Numbered from the stretch's first letter, positions 1 to 13,180 are shown. The stretch is DNA of 64,000 nt from Octopus sinensis (GCF_006345805.1 NC_043012.1:23622001-23686000); one strand, 5' to 3'. Notes: generated by a model not told the origin, from the sequence alone. Numbers and translations: made by a program.

Positions 1-45
<45 letters not shown>

Positions 46-1104
46 TACTTTCTGTGCAAGTAAACTAAAAGGTAAGTTCATTACTAACATATTCAGGAGT
101 AAGCTGAGAAATATTAATCATTTAAGAATACACTTGTGGTGAGGAGAAAAACAAATAGTTTAATGATTAATTGTGCTCAAGAAATACAGAGGAGACAATT
201 TCAGAATTTTATTTCATTAAAATTGATTAAAGATAGTTCATGGGAAATGCAGTAGGGAGTACAAAGACCAGACTTACTCCTTACTGTACTGATTACATTT
301 TATCTTAAATTGATTTTAGTTATAACAGGATTGTCTCCCCACTATTTCTTGACCAGAATTAACCTCTAAATTAATGGTTAGTTCTCCTCACTGTAATGAT
401 ATAATTTTAATTTGAATAAATTAAAATGTATTAGCTTTCTATATTAAATACGTTAGAACCCACATTACTGTATGTTTTACATGCAGCAGGTATCTCTGGA
501 CATTTTCATTTACTTGTTTAATTTCAAGTTATCACACCACTCGGTGTCCTTTCACTAAAATCCTTCATTACTTTTCTCTTAGTCATTTTAAAATCTGGAA
601 TTACTGGTTAGCTGGTGAGGTTTAAAGGACTGAAACATGTCCATAGATGTCACGGTAATGTCACTTGGACACTTCATTTTCTCTTAGTTAAAATACACTG
701 GTTCATCAGATTAAATGTGTTAATATCCATTCATCCCTCCATTTTATCTGCCAATTATTCTAAGGAAAGCCCTGGGAGGGGAAGTCCTCAGACACCGCCT
801 CCTTAGGGCCTAATCAGAAGCAACTATCATTATACTTCCTTTCCTGCTGGACCCTCAGGCATGAATCACTGAGACTATGGAAATATTCAACCATGCCATT
901 CTTGGTCTAAGGCTCCCATTACTTGGTTCAGCTCGAAGAATCTATTTTGCAGTTCTTTTCTGTGACATTCTAATCACAAGTTTGTTGTCCAAGAGCCGTG
1001 GTCACTCAATGTTGAGAAGTTAACACCAAACTTAGGATATACACCGTAAGGCATTTCAACTGATAGTCAGCCATTTCTACAACTAAATTAAGTGACTGAT
1101 TCGA

Positions 1105-1190
1105 TTAATCGATTGAACTGCCGTCTTGTGAGTACACATAATGTGTTTGGTGTTGGACAGTTAGTTCGGACCGTTTCTTTAGTACGTTAT
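1105..1190 (-). CDS. Putative terminal coding exon of an unidentified minus-strand gene (phase 1): (D)NVLKKRSELTVQHQTHYVYSQDGSSID*
   Basis: Strong acceptor on the minus strand (ttatttgtttcctgtttttgacag|ATAAC). Only the phase-1 frame stays open, to TAA at 1105-1107. Followed by about 1 kb of non-repetitive AT-rich sequence resembling a 3'UTR. No homology recognised. Confidence 0.4.
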
Positions 1191-2654
1191 CTGTCAAAAA
1201 CAGGAAACAAATAAATTAATCACAAGAGTGTTGTCTGCAATAGACCGATGTTCCAGCCAAGAAGATACCATCTTTCGTTCTCTCGATGCAGCAACAGAAT
1301 TTCTTATTGTTGTTGTTTAACATCAGGTTACATCTGATTGAGCAGAGCCTTTATGAAAAAGTATTCCAGCCATGACAACAACTTCTTCAAGTCATTTTGT
1401 ACATCAACTAATGCTTTGGATGGTTCTTGAGAAAATATAGATGCTAATCCATCAAGTGGAAGTTCCCTCCATGCTTCAATGTCTCGATAGGAATAAAAGA
1501 CATTTTGGCACGGGTGATTTGGTGCTGCTTAGTTAGCATTGTTGAGTCGATGCTGACTTATTTGACTTGAGACATTTTAATGTCTCTCTTATTCTCTCCC
1601 TTCCTCCTCTCTCTCTCTGTTGATGTATGTGAGCAGATTTCTCATTATGCATGTGAAGAAGGGAAAAGTGTTTATGCCAAAACTGCACAATTAATAAATT
1701 GTAATGTTTCTTTTTCTCTCTCACAGTACATTTCTGTATGTGTGTGTGAGTACGTTTCCCTTCAGTGCCAAAAAGTACTGTCACCAAAAACAGGTTCTAC
1801 GGTATTTTTCAGCATAAAAGTCAATGTGGTATAAAGTGCAAATGTAGTGTAAACATTCAAACATCATCACTGTCTTTCCAAATCCTACTACATTTCACAT
1901 GGAATTTTTAGTATAAAAGTCAACCAACTTTTATTTTTGGCTGTAAATTTTGGTCCGAAAAATTCAACTTGTATGCCAGAAAGTACAGTATGTCCAGTCA
2001 TTCATGTCAAATTGGCAGCATCGAAAGTGCTGCACCCAATTCTCTCATTTCATGTAGAGAAACAGATGCTCTGATGTACTGACGCCACATTATCACATAT
2101 TGTCCCAATTTTGAGGGGGGTTTTCTGCCAAGGTACTGACTGCATAAGCATGAGAACAACTAGCTTAATTAACACAGACAGTATACCAAGAAAGCAAACA
2201 AGAGATGTAAATGCCAGATTTTAACCATACACTTGATCAAAGTATTCAATTACAAAACCACTTTTTATATAAGAACCACTGTTATTCAATATACAAGCCA
2301 TATGAATCTGCAATACTACAGGAATGTCTCACAAATTAATGATTTAGCTTTAGTGTTCATAAGCCAAAAGATATTGGACAAATCTCAAAAGTTTGAAAGA
2401 TTAAAATCTGAAAAAAAAAAAAAAAACACGAAAAAAACAAACCGCAAATGGTAACACAGAAAGATTAATAGTTTGTATTTGTAAATTGGAATTGTTACTG
2501 GCCAAGAAAAATAGAAGGAAAGCTTAATAGGTGAAGGGTTAAGTTTTTGTATCTTGTGGCATTCTTTCATAGAACTGTCAGTCTAGCTCCTAACAAAATA
2601 TCTGCCATGAAAGAGTTGTTTCCAGTGTTGTTCTTCTTGTTGCATTTTAGCACC

Positions 2655-2735
2655 AGGTCTGGCCTGACTGAGGCTAACTTAATCCTCATAACAGACCTAC
2701 TATGATCAAAGATGTTCCAGCCATGACCATCGTGT
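2655..2735. repeat. Short dispersed repeat (core ATCAAAG..TTCCAGC(C/T)(A/G)TGAC); related copies near 1321-1378 and 26740-26810
   Basis: Three diverged copies seen by eye; family not identified. Confidence 0.45.
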
Positions 2736-3158
2736 GGGGTTTTTGCTTTTGTTTTCTCCTCTTAGAGTAAATACAATTACATTACCCATAATCACCAGCA
2801 TCACCCCTATTTAACATCAATTTTCTATGTTGGCATGGGTTGGGTGATATGACAGAAGCTGGTAAACTGACTGCATCAAACTGCATTCAATATGCTCCTA
2901 TATAAGTTTGTAGGATATGATTTGAGGGAGATCTGGCTCCTATTTAAAGTAAGTTCTCTCAGACGAAGCCCATGCACAGTCCTTCTTCATTAACTCTGTT
3001 GCCTCTCATGTTGGCTTATCATGAGGAGAGTACATATCTCAAACGTTATAAGAGGAGACATTGTTCAGTCAGTGGTTTAATAAATGTTTCATGAGTTTGC
3101 AGTGTTGAGTCTCAATCCTTCAATTGTATTAGAGACGGCGCCAAGAAAAGTCTATCCG

Positions 3159-3378
3159 TTTCTTTATTACCCACAAGGGGCTACACACAGAGGAGACAAA
3201 CAAGGACAGACAAACGGATTAAGTCGATTACATCGACCCCAGTGCGTAACTGGTACTTAATTTATCGACCCCGAAAGGATGAAAGGCAAAGTCGACCTCG
3301 GTGGAATTTGAACTCAGAACGTTACGGCAGACGAAATACAGCTACACATTCGCCCGGCGTGCTAACGGTTCTGCCAGC
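3159..3378 (-). mobile_element. tRNA-derived SINE family A (~225 bp)
   Basis: Minus strand reads GCTGGCAGAA..TTAGCAC..GTTCTGAGTTCAAATTCC (B-box-like) ..CCCTTGTGGGTAATAAAGAAA; many near-identical copies in the window. Confidence 0.9.
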
Positions 3379-3389
3379 CTATCAGATAT

Positions 3390-3790
3390 CCCAAGCCACA
3401 ACCTGAAAAGGGCCGCTTGAACAACTGGCATAAAATCCCTCATGGACATGCTTCAGCATCTGGCTCATATGTGGGCTGTCATTCCTCACTCTTTCCTGCC
3501 ACAACAGAAATGGCCTCTGATCCTCAGAGTTGACTGAACTCATGTCACTTCTACTAAGATACTCCAGAGCCCCTCACCACTCACTCCTCTTTTTGTCTCT
3601 CATCACCTATGTTGCATTGAACATCTCCTAGGTATTGCAGTAATGACTATCCCAACTCCTTCCCTTTCAAAAACATCAACTCACTGAAACTCCTTCCATG
3701 TTCATGGTTTCTCTACAGGTGTTGACTTGTGGAAATTTAAAATGAAACATTCAAGACATCAACCTGGCCAGTCTCAGTGGCCTTGCAAAA
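3390..3790 (+). mobile_element. Degenerate CR1/L2-type LINE 3' ORF remnant
   Basis: Frameshifted translation resembles the CR1-type C-terminus (YPNSF..T...WNSLP..VFP...DL..FK); many stops. Confidence 0.45.
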
Positions 3791-4307
3791 GGCCATGAGC
3801 AAATTGAATTCCTCTCGTTTAAACAAGTAAAAAAATCCCTTCAATCGCAAAACAAGGGATGCCTTCAATAATGTCTCAATGGTAAGAAGGTTTAAAGAGT
3901 ACTTTTTTTTTTCTTTTTGGGGTTAAAGACTTGTATGCTGAGGGTGTCACTATATTCCATCTCTGAATGCAAGAATCGATGTCTCATCAGGCAGTGGAGC
4001 AGCTCTGTAGGCATTTCAGCCCTTCCACCAGAACACCAAAGCTACCCAGGGCCACCCATTGATGACAAAACTCCCATATAACAGTACAAGCTTTGTCGAG
4101 TCAAATGTTGTGACTCTCAGCCACATGTTTATTCTTACCGCATCACTCAAGCTCTCTCTCTCTCGAATCACATATAATAGCTTGCTTTCTCGGTGACTTT
4201 TGACAGTTTCCCCTCTCCTTCACTGCTAGTCCAAAACACCTGAACACTGAATAAATCCTGGAGTCATCAAACCAACCAACACAGAATACACAATATACAT
4301 TAAAGCG

Positions 4308-4441
4308 TTAGGAAGGGCATCCGGCCGTAGAAACACTGCCAGATCAGACTGGGCCTGATGCAGCCTACTGGCTTCACAGATCCCAGTTGAACCGTCCAAC
4401 CCATGCTAGCATGGAAAGTGGACGCTAAATGATGATGATAG
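4308..4441 (+). mobile_element. 5'-truncated copy of the RTE-type 3' tail ending in (GAT)n
   Basis: GTTAGGAAGGGCATCC..AACCGTCCAACCCATGCTAGCATGGA..ATGATGATGAT matches 18150-18303. Confidence 0.85.
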
Positions 4442-4839
4442 TGGAATAAGAAAGAGAAAAAAAATAACCGAAAGGTTCACAGGGAGATTTCTTTGCTGCA
4501 GTGTGGAAGAATACAACATCCAGAACAAGACTGGAGTAGTAAATGATTGAGTTAAAGTGCGGAGAAAATTATTGATTGGAATATTTTCAACGTGCACATA
4601 TGTTGAGACATTTTATAAATATTCCTCAGCAAATTAAACAGCTACCATATTTTACAGAGATTTATGGCTATAATCACCCAATCAAGTCAAAGGTGTGATT
4701 TAATATATGCATATCTCCAAAGAATTTAGTTAGGAAAAGTAACGAGACGATACAGCATGAGATACATCAAAATAGATGGATTTCTTTCTTGAACAGAAGA
4801 CATCATCAAACTATTTTATTGTTGTATTTCAGCACTTAC

Positions 4840-4854
4840 CAGCAGCATTTGTTA
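4840..4854 (-). CDS. Putative 15-nt microexon (phase 1-1; xTNAA)
   Basis: ctatttcattttattcctctttgatttgtctggcag|TAACAAATGCTGCTG|gtaagtg: long pyrimidine tract, consensus donor, frame-preserving length. Confidence 0.5.
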
Positions 4855-5046
4855 CTGCCAGACAAATCAAAGAGGAATAAAATGAAATAGCTCTCAAGTA
4901 TGAACGTGTTTAACTGTTTAAATGTCTATGGATTCAAACTTTATTGCAGTTATTTTATTTGGGAGCAAAACAGACCATCAAACTGTTTTCTTCAGTCTGC
5001 TAGACTGTAAACAGATTCACACCTTAATTAACAGTTAGGAGTTTAA

Positions 5047-5267
5047 CCCTTTAGTGTTCACATTATTCTGCCAAAATTAATGCTTTTTCATCCACATTGT
5101 TTTGAACTAATCATGCATTATCTTGTAGCTATGAGATTCTGATGAGGTAGCTGTTAATTTTTAAAACGATATTGTAGGATTGGTGTGAGAGACCAGATCT
5201 GGCCAGTTTGAACATAAAACAGGCAGAATACTTTTGGCCGGATATGGCCGGTTTAAATGCTAAAGGG
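5047..5267. mobile_element. piggyBac-type MITE
   Basis: TTAA|CCCTTTAG ... CTAAAGGG|TTAA: TTAA TSD and CCC/GGG termini; no ORF. Confidence 0.85.
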
Positions 5268-5484
5268 TTAATATCATAATAGTGAATTACAGATACTATG
5301 TAATACATACATGCATACATATGTGAGTGTGTGTGTGTGTTCCTCTCTGTTGTGTGTCCCTGTCGGTCCCAAAAGGATTAAAAATCAGAGTATTTCCAAT
5401 GCAACACACAACGTGAGCTTGAGGCAATCTACATTCCTCATTTGAAGTCTCAAGGAAGATTGGAATTCTGCTGGTGTAGAAAAT

Positions 5485-5661
5485 CCTGTGGAAGCCATCA
5501 ACTCGCAATACCAGAGGGCGCACACTCTCCTACCCTGATGTAATCTCCAGGGATACAGGCATACAGCAACAGGACCTCCGTAATGCTATGATGGACCGTG
5601 AAGTCTGGCGTAGCATGGTAAATTCCATTGTCTCAACCACGGTCGAACAATGATGATGATG
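5485..5661 (+). mobile_element. 3' end of an RTE-like LINE (second family)
   Basis: Translates WKPSTRNTRGRTLSYPDVISRDTGIQQQDLRNAMMDREVWRSMVNSIVSTTVEQ*, then an (ATG)n tail; typical RTE ORF2 C-terminus. Confidence 0.8.
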
Positions 5662-5849
5662 AGGTATTGCCAGTAATCCCAAAGTTTGTGTCAAGCAGTA
5701 AGAGTTTAACACACCTTTAATGACCGGTTGGAATTGTTTTGTTATCATTCTGTCTTTAATGCCATTGCATGCAGAAGTTCCATGTGGAAAGATGCACACG
5801 GCACTAAAGTGACATTTCATAAGATTTGCATCAAAAGCTGTGCTCTTAC

Positions 5850-5904
5850 ATTGTGCCACAATCAAAGAGTGTAACTTTTGATGACAGTCTGACGAAGTGC
5901 CTCT
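5850..5904 (-). CDS. Putative internal exon (phase 0-1): RGTSSDCHQKLHSLIVAQ
   Basis: tttgatacattag|AGAGG...GCACAAT|gtaagag; good donor, moderate acceptor; phase links 14290 to 4854. Confidence 0.3.
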
Positions 5905-6059
5905 CTAATGTATCAAACCACAAGTATTATGTAACTTTACATGTGGAGCTTTTGTAGGCAGTAGCACTAAAAGCAGAGTGGTACCAGAACAATTGTAATG
6001 GGTCTTTAAAGATGTGCTAAATTCTTCCTTTGTCTCCTTGCTTAGATTAGACACATGCA

Positions 6060-6240
6060 CACACGCATGGATGCTCGACAGGTTTCAAAACAGTTTCCAT
6101 CTACCAAATTCACTCACAAGGCAAATCTGGGATTATAGTAAAAGACACTCGTTCAATGAGCCATGCCATGCAGTGGCATTGAACCAAAAACCTATTGTTT
6201 CAAAGTGAGTTGCTTAACCACAGAGCTACGCCTGCACCTG
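6060..6240 (-). mobile_element. CORE-type SINE family B, 5' half, diverged
   Basis: Reverse complement of the AGGTGCAGG..GTGGTTAAG..TTCA head seen at 21858. Confidence 0.7.
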
Positions 6241-6896
6241 CAATATTCAATATTTTGGTACCTTGAAAACATTTCAGTCTTTTATCATCAGACGGCCCTT
6301 CATGCAACAAAATCTTCATTATTTTAAGTTTGGTTTGCATGCTTGGATTTTCAGCATGTCATCATGACCCAAGTGACTCCTTATTAAGGATAACTGCTTT
6401 TTGAGAAGGGTTAAAGACCATGGCTCGCATATATGTTAAATTCTAGACAGGGTTCACCAATATTAATAAGGCATAAAATTAATTATCAGTTCACGCCTTA
6501 TCACAACATATTTCAATGCCAGGAAAGCTATGGAAGTTCTCAATGTATAAACAAAGTATAGAATAGAAAATACTTCATGAAGTTCACCAACTGCTTATTA
6601 GGAGTTATGCACACTTTCAGCCTTATACCTCTTTTTTGTTCACTTTTCGGTTATTTATCTTAGATTCTATGCATGCAGTTTTGACTATCGGTGCTGACTT
6701 CCATTTCTTGAATTATTCCTCATTTTTGTCTATTTCTCTACCCTTTTCTCACAAGACTTTGTGCAATCAAGGCTGTTATAGTATTTATTCTCTCAAATAA
6801 GAAACAAAAGATATACAATACACACATATGAATGTACACACACATATATATACATACATACATATCTAAACAAAAATGCATACACACATGATTGCA

Positions 6897-6932
<36 letters not shown>

Positions 6933-7194
6933 ATATATATATATTATATATATATATACATATATATATCAATGAAAATATATGACAGTATAGAATTTAT
7001 TTGAAGGAGTGGAATATTTAAAGCTAACTATTATTAAAACTGTAGCAGAATAAGTAACATGCAGTCGAGGTTTAGAGCAGAGAGCAATCTACCCAGGGGT
7101 TTAATAATATAAACTGATCAATGAGCAAGGACACTGTAGATGTAGGAATTCATATACCCAACATACTGCAGCTCAACCTGGTTTTGTACATTTT

Positions 7195-7286
7195 TACATA
7201 TACATATATACATGTGTATGTACATATATGAACACATATTTATATATACATATATACATGTGTATGTACATATATGAACACATATT

Positions 7287-7328
<42 letters not shown>

Positions 7329-7546
7329 CACACACACGAACATAGAGCTATATATACAAATATACATATATACTTGCTCATATATATATACACACACACA
7401 TATATTCTTTTACTATTTTCAGACATGCGGGTGTGGTTATGCTGGAGCCCCCCCATATATTATACATATACATACATATACATATATATACACACACACA
7501 CACACACATACATGTGTGTGTATGCACACACATATATGTCTGTGTA

Positions 7547-7578
<32 letters not shown>

Positions 7579-7595
7579 CATATATTTATACATAT

Positions 7596-7631
<36 letters not shown>

Positions 7632-7845
7632 CCTACATACATATATATATACATATATTTATATATATATATTATATATATATATATATACATATATATA
7701 TCTATATATACATACATATATTTATACAAATATATACATAAATATATTTATATATACATACATATATTTGTACATATATACACATATATATATTTATATA
7801 TACATATATTTACACACACACACACACACATATATATGGATATAG
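7195..7845. repeat. Compound (AT)n/(AC)n microsatellite field; similar fields at 1-47, 8540-8815, 13990-14160, 23990-25500, 40650-41190, 52090-52500, 55650-55990, 61310-61715
   Basis: Direct reading; source of the [12 protein letters not shown] pseudo-ORFs. Confidence 0.97.
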
Positions 7846-8709
7846 GTCTCAGAATTATAGGAGGGAAAAGGGGGGAAGAAGGATAGTGATGGAGAGAAAT
7901 GAATTTGTGTGCTCTTCATGCCACAGTTTGTAATTTCTATCTTACCATAATTTATTTTTATAGGTAGAAATTGTTGGGTTCCTTTTTTCGTTTTGTGTCT
8001 ATTTGTTTTTTTTTTTTGGTTCTTTTAATGAAAGAACATATAATGAAACCATCAGCACCATGACCACCATCACCAACACAAACAATAACAGAAACATATA
8101 TATGTAAATATATAACCCAACAAATATATATAAAAAAATTAAAAATTATACATAATTCTAATAAAATACTAAATTTGCTTCTGCGCTTTGATTGTAATAC
8201 ATTTTTGTTGGTGTTTTATTTTAGGGTTTTTAAAAAAATTTTTGTAGTGTTTTTCATTTGTTTTTATTCTTTCATTTTTTTTTTCTTTATATTAGCCAGA
8301 CTTTTATACTTGACTATAACCAATCTCTAAAAAAAGAACAAATAATAAAAATAATAATAATAATAATATAATAATAATAATAATAATGATAATAATAATA
8401 ATAATTAACAAATAAACAAACAAAATATGGTTCATATCTTAAAAGTAGATTCTGCTGATATTAATAATTTGTTCTAAAGAATTAAAAACAACAACAAAAT
8501 CACAAGTGACCCCCCCCCACACACACACACACAGAAATATACTGAAATGCATGCGCATGTACATGTATACATACAAGTACATCTATCTATCTATAAATAT
8601 GCACATCTATATACATACATTATATATACATATATGTATAAATATGTATACATATACATGTATACACATATATGTAGATCTCTCTATATATATGTGTATA
8701 TACACACAC

Positions 8710-8748
<39 letters not shown>

Positions 8749-10066
8749 ACACATACATGTACATCTATATACATATATGTGTGTGTATTTGCATATATTT
8801 CATACATGCATATACACTAGAAGAAGAAGAAAAAAGGAAAAAGAATGCTGTTTATAAGTGTTTAACTACCATTAGCTCTGGTGATCTTGTGTGTGAGTCA
8901 TTTTATCAGTGCCATGGTTTCAGTGCAAGAACGTCTGCGGATGCAGAGAATAAATATGTGGCTATGAAAATATTTGATGCAACATCCTGTATGGATATTA
9001 AACCATATCCATCGTAATTAGTATGGCTGGACTGATGTGTGTAACATGTACTGGTGGGGTGGTTATGCTGTACGGCGCTTCATTCACAGAAGCCAGCGAG
9101 CGTGTGGGCTTCATCTACACATTTTTTATGAGCAAAAAGCAAGAATGTTATGCAAATAGGAGTATAGTGTGTTGAGACGTTCATGCCTTTCCAAGGAAGG
9201 AGTCTTGAGAATGGGAACCAATTCGCAAACTTGGATCATGGAGAATTTACTGGTGTTTTACAAGAGAAAAAAAAATATGGAAGTAAATCTCTTCATCATT
9301 TGTCCATTTTTAATCATTACAGTCATTTTATTGCGACCATGCTGGTGCTGCCTTGAAGGATTTAGTCACACAAACTGATCCCAGGACTTATTTCTTAAAA
9401 GTCTATTGTTGACCTTGTAAGGCACATAAACATAAACAAACCAATATCACTTCACACACACACACACATCTATTATTGCTAAACTAACATATTGATAACA
9501 GTGACATGGAAGTCTTGGCCAGCTAAGCCACTGTCACTAATAATCTTGCTTAAGAACAACTAATTCTGTACTCAACAAAAGTAAATCATAATGCATACAC
9601 ATACATATGTACAACTATATATATAACGTGTGTGTGCATGTGCAGTTGCATACACATATATACATGGCAGGCTTCTTTCAGTTTCCATCACCCAAATACA
9701 CTCACAAGGCATTGGTTAACCTGGATTTATAGTAGAAAACACTTGCTTAACTTTCTGCACAGGGGGACCAAACCCCAAACCACAGGATTGCAAACACAGG
9801 GATATAGTAAAAGACACATGCTAAAGGTGCCCCACAGTGGGACTGAACCCAAGACTGCATCATTGGAAAGCAAACTCCTTAACCACACAGCTGTGAAGAG
9901 TCCAATGGAGACAAAATTGAGAGAAGAACGGGCATCGACAGAATTGCCAGACATCACAAAATATTGAAAATTACTGGCACAATTTGTATGATACTGACAC
10001 GCATTTACAACTGTCACATGATATAAAGAGGATACAAACATGTATGTGTGTGTGTGTGTATATATA

Positions 10067-11289
10067 CAAGGGTTGGACAAAATAATGGAAACACCTAGCT
10101 TCATAATTTGAAATATTTATATGCTTGTTTATTTTTACATTTTTTTTATTTATTATTAGTGTTGCTTAATATGTTTTGCTAAAATTACTGTTTCTTTTCA
10201 GATATCATCAGAAAAAGGTAAATGAAATTCATTAAAATGACAGATCTATCAGACTTTCAAAAAGGTCAAATTGTTGCTGCTCGTATGGCAGGCGCTAGCA
10301 CAACGAAAACAGCCGAAATGTTTGGTGCATCAAGAAGTACTGTCCCAAAAGTAATGACAGCCTTTGAGAAAGAGGAAAAAACCTTCTCATAAAAACAAAA
10401 CACTGGAAAAAAACGAAAACTTTCAGATAGGGACCGTCGGATTCTTACGTGAATTATTAGGAAGGATCACAAAAGTACAATTCCCCAAATTACAGCAGAC
10501 TTAATGAACACCTCGAGAAAGCAGTTTCCACAAAAACTGTTTGCCGGGAGCTGCTCTCAGAAAACCACTACTTTCAAACACAAACGTTGCAAAGCATTTA
10601 GAGTGGAGTAAAAACCTATAGAATTGGTCCCTAGAGCAGTGGAAGAATGTTATTTTCTTGGATGAGTCATCCTTTACCTTATTTCTGATCACTGGCTGAG
10701 TATACATGTGGAGACAGCCAAAAGAAGCTTTTGACCTAGACTGCCTTCTTCCAACTGATGAACATGGAAGAGGATCTGTGATGAGCTGATGGTGGTGGTC
10801 GTGGTGGTGGTGGTGGTGGTGGGGCTATATCTTGGAAATCCAGCGACCCAATGGTTTCCTTTCATGGCAGAATTAATACAGAAGACTATTTAAGCATTTT
10901 ATCATCATATTCATCCTATGAATTATCAGGATGATAATGCACAAATTCACACAGCTAAAGTTGTTACTGAATGACACAAGGAACATTCCAGTGAAGATGA
11001 ACATCTTATCTGGCCATCACAGTCTCCAGATCTCAATATTATTGAACATTTATGGTGCATTTTAGAAAAACAAGTAAAGAGTCAATATCCTCCACCATCA
11101 TCACTACAAGAACTGGAGAATTTTTTAGTTGAAGAATGGACAAAAGTTCCTTAGGAAACAATTCAAACTTTCTACAAGTCCATACCTCATAGAATTCAAG
11201 CTGTAATTACTGCCAAAGGTGGTCCTACCTCATTTCAAAATAAATTTGTTTAAAATTTTAAGGTGTTTCCATTATTTTGTCCAACCACC

Positions 11290-11293
<4 letters not shown>
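10067..11293 (+). mobile_element. Full-length but inactivated Tc1/mariner transposon, DD36E spacing (Incomer-like)
   Basis: TIR core GGTTGGACAAAATAATGGAAACACCT at both ends, TA flanks, about 1.23 kb. Confidence 0.92.
10237..11240 (+). pseudogene. Tc1-like transposase pseudogene
   Basis: MTDLSDFQKGQIVAARMAG (HTH) ... WKNVIFLDESSF ... YQDDNAQIHTAKVVTE*HKEHSSEDEHLIWPSQSPDLNIIEHLW; several stops, a deletion and a (GGT)n insertion. Confidence 0.9.
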
Positions 11294-11324
<31 letters not shown>

Positions 11325-11330
<6 letters not shown>

Positions 11331-11622
11331 GTGACCGACCAAGCTATCAGATGTTGCTACACATCACTGGTCACAATGCATTTCGCATTGTTTTAGCCTT
11401 CAAATGATGCCCGCTGGCTAAGCAAGCAGCCCAACAGAAGAAAGAGTGAGAGAAAGTTGTGGTGAAAGAGTACAGCAGGGATCACCACCAACCCCTGCCA
11501 GAGCCTCGTGGAGCTTTAGGTGTTTTCGCTCAATAAACACTCACAACGCCCAGTCTGGGAATCGAGACCGTGATCCTATGACTGCAAGTCCGCTGCCCTA
11601 ACCACTGGGCCATTGCGCCTCC
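11325..11622 (-). mobile_element. tRNA-derived SINE family D (~300 bp)
   Basis: Minus strand GGAGGCGCAATGGCCCAGTGGTTAGGGCAGCGGACT..GGTCTCGATTCCCAGAC (A and B boxes); second copy at 33225-33527. Confidence 0.88.
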
Positions 11623-11689
11623 ATATATATATATATATATATATACACAAACACACACAAAAGGAAGAGTAGAAGTGGAGATGCAGTTT

Positions 11690-12371
11690 TTGTTTAATGG
11701 AGGTAGGGTGTTTCCTCTTCCTCATATTTCCTCTTTTTTCATGCACTACACTTATCTCTCCCTACCCCTCTCCTGCAGCCCAATCTTATCCTTGCTGCCT
11801 TGCCCACTGCGTCATTGCTACCCTGTTGTCCCCACCTTCTATAATACCCAGATGCCACCAGTCACGGCATTTTCTTCCATCCCACCTCTTTACATTCCCA
11901 TGAACTCCCTGCACATGAATCCATATACTCATCCCTGCTCCTTGAGAGTATGCCCTGGCACATAACCACCATCTCTCTCATTCTTGATCACTCTCTGCCT
12001 GTCTGATTCTTCCTCCCACCGTGGTAACCATGTACCTCCTCTACAGCAAGACACTTGCTTCTGTCCCCTGTCATACTCTAATCTCTCACCACTTGGCACA
12101 AAGTCATCTCCTCCAGTACTTCCCCCACCTCATCTATCAAAGGATCTTTGTCTCATAAGTGACTTGGTGACCTCACCAGTGCTGGTGCCACATAAAAAGC
12201 ACCCAGTACACTTTGTGAAGTGGTTGGTGTTAGGAAGGGTATCAAGCTGTAGAGACCCTACCGAAACAGACAGTGGTGCTCAGTGCAGTTCATTGGCTTG
12301 TCAGCTCCTGTGAAGCCATCCAACTTATGCCAGCATGAAAAATAGACATTAATTGATGATGATGATGATGA
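11690..12371 (+). mobile_element. Non-autonomous element or LINE 3'UTR remnant ending in the RTE-type tail
   Basis: GGTGCCACATAAAAAGCACC stem-loop, GTTAGGAAGGG motif and (GAT)n tail. Confidence 0.7.
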
Positions 12372-12378
12372 TATATAT

Positions 12379-12593
12379 TATTTCTTTATTGCCCACAAGG
12401 GGCTAAACATAGAGGGGACAAACAAGGACAGACAAACGGATTAAGTCGATTACATCGACCCCAGTGCGTGACTGGTACTGTATTTATCGACCCCGAAAGG
12501 ATGAAAAGCAAAGTCGACCTTGGCGGAATTTGAACTCAGAACGTAACGGCAGACGCAATACCGCTAAGCATTTTGCCCAGCGCACTAACGTTT
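12379..12593 (-). mobile_element. SINE family A
   Basis: Near-identical to 3159-3378. Confidence 0.9.
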
Positions 12594-13121
12594 ACACACA
12601 CACATATATATTGTCAGTAGTTCACAGTTCCGAGAAAGAAGCACATCCTAAAGCATTAACGTATTTTGGGGAAGTTTAAAGTTACAGCCAGTCATAGAGT
12701 GGGCATTGGTTTCACCCCTACAGGTTCTTTATACGTACAAGACCAATGGTCACTCTTACTGGATGGAACTTCCGAAATAAATATAATAATTTTCAATAAT
12801 GTGCACATTGTACTGTTGACTCATTTTTATAGTATATTTTTTACTTATATTTTTGTTTTTATTTTATGGTATCTTCCATTAGACATGCTTTATCTTTCTG
12901 CTGGTCCTAAACTGTTCCTCTATTTAAACTAAAGTTTTGGGAGTGTAGTGCAATTGGCACCTGATGAACGTATGCATGTACAGCAAACTATTCGTAGCAT
13001 GATGTTGCATACATGTATTGTGTCCTATTAGTAGCATACATGTAGTTGAAACGTTTAGTAATATTGAACTCTCATTGGGTGGAGTACTCTTTGTATTGAC
13101 TTTTATGCAGTTAATGTATTA

Positions 13122-13180
<59 letters not shown>

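Noticed and set aside
1330-1535. Minus-strand open frame HPCQNVFYSYRDIEAWRELPLDG...
   Set aside because: Ends inside a dispersed repeat; no good splice sites.
3300-3378. tRNA genes at SINE heads
   Set aside because: A/B boxes only; no cloverleaf, and they continue into the SINE body.
4960-4996. CTGAAGA plus a 6-bp hairpin on the minus strand
   Set aside because: No GAAA after the hairpin.
7194-7845. Long [12 protein letters not shown] ORFs (and equivalents throughout the window)
   Set aside because: (AT)n/(CA)n microsatellites lack stop codons; not coding.
8880-9240. Non-repetitive patch with kinase-like VAMKIF (plus) and VDEAH (minus) words
   Set aside because: Surrounding motifs are absent, stops lie nearby and there is no consistent splice pair.
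12726-12790. Plus-strand acceptor with short frames (VLYTYKTNGHSYWMELPK*) and a 9-nt minus-strand microexon candidate
   Set aside because: No supporting partner exons; ambiguous strand.
12959-13056. CTGATGA ... GAAACGTT with a possible long stem II (hammerhead-like)
   Set aside because: Stem I cannot form (GCAC versus TAGT); at best a decayed relic.
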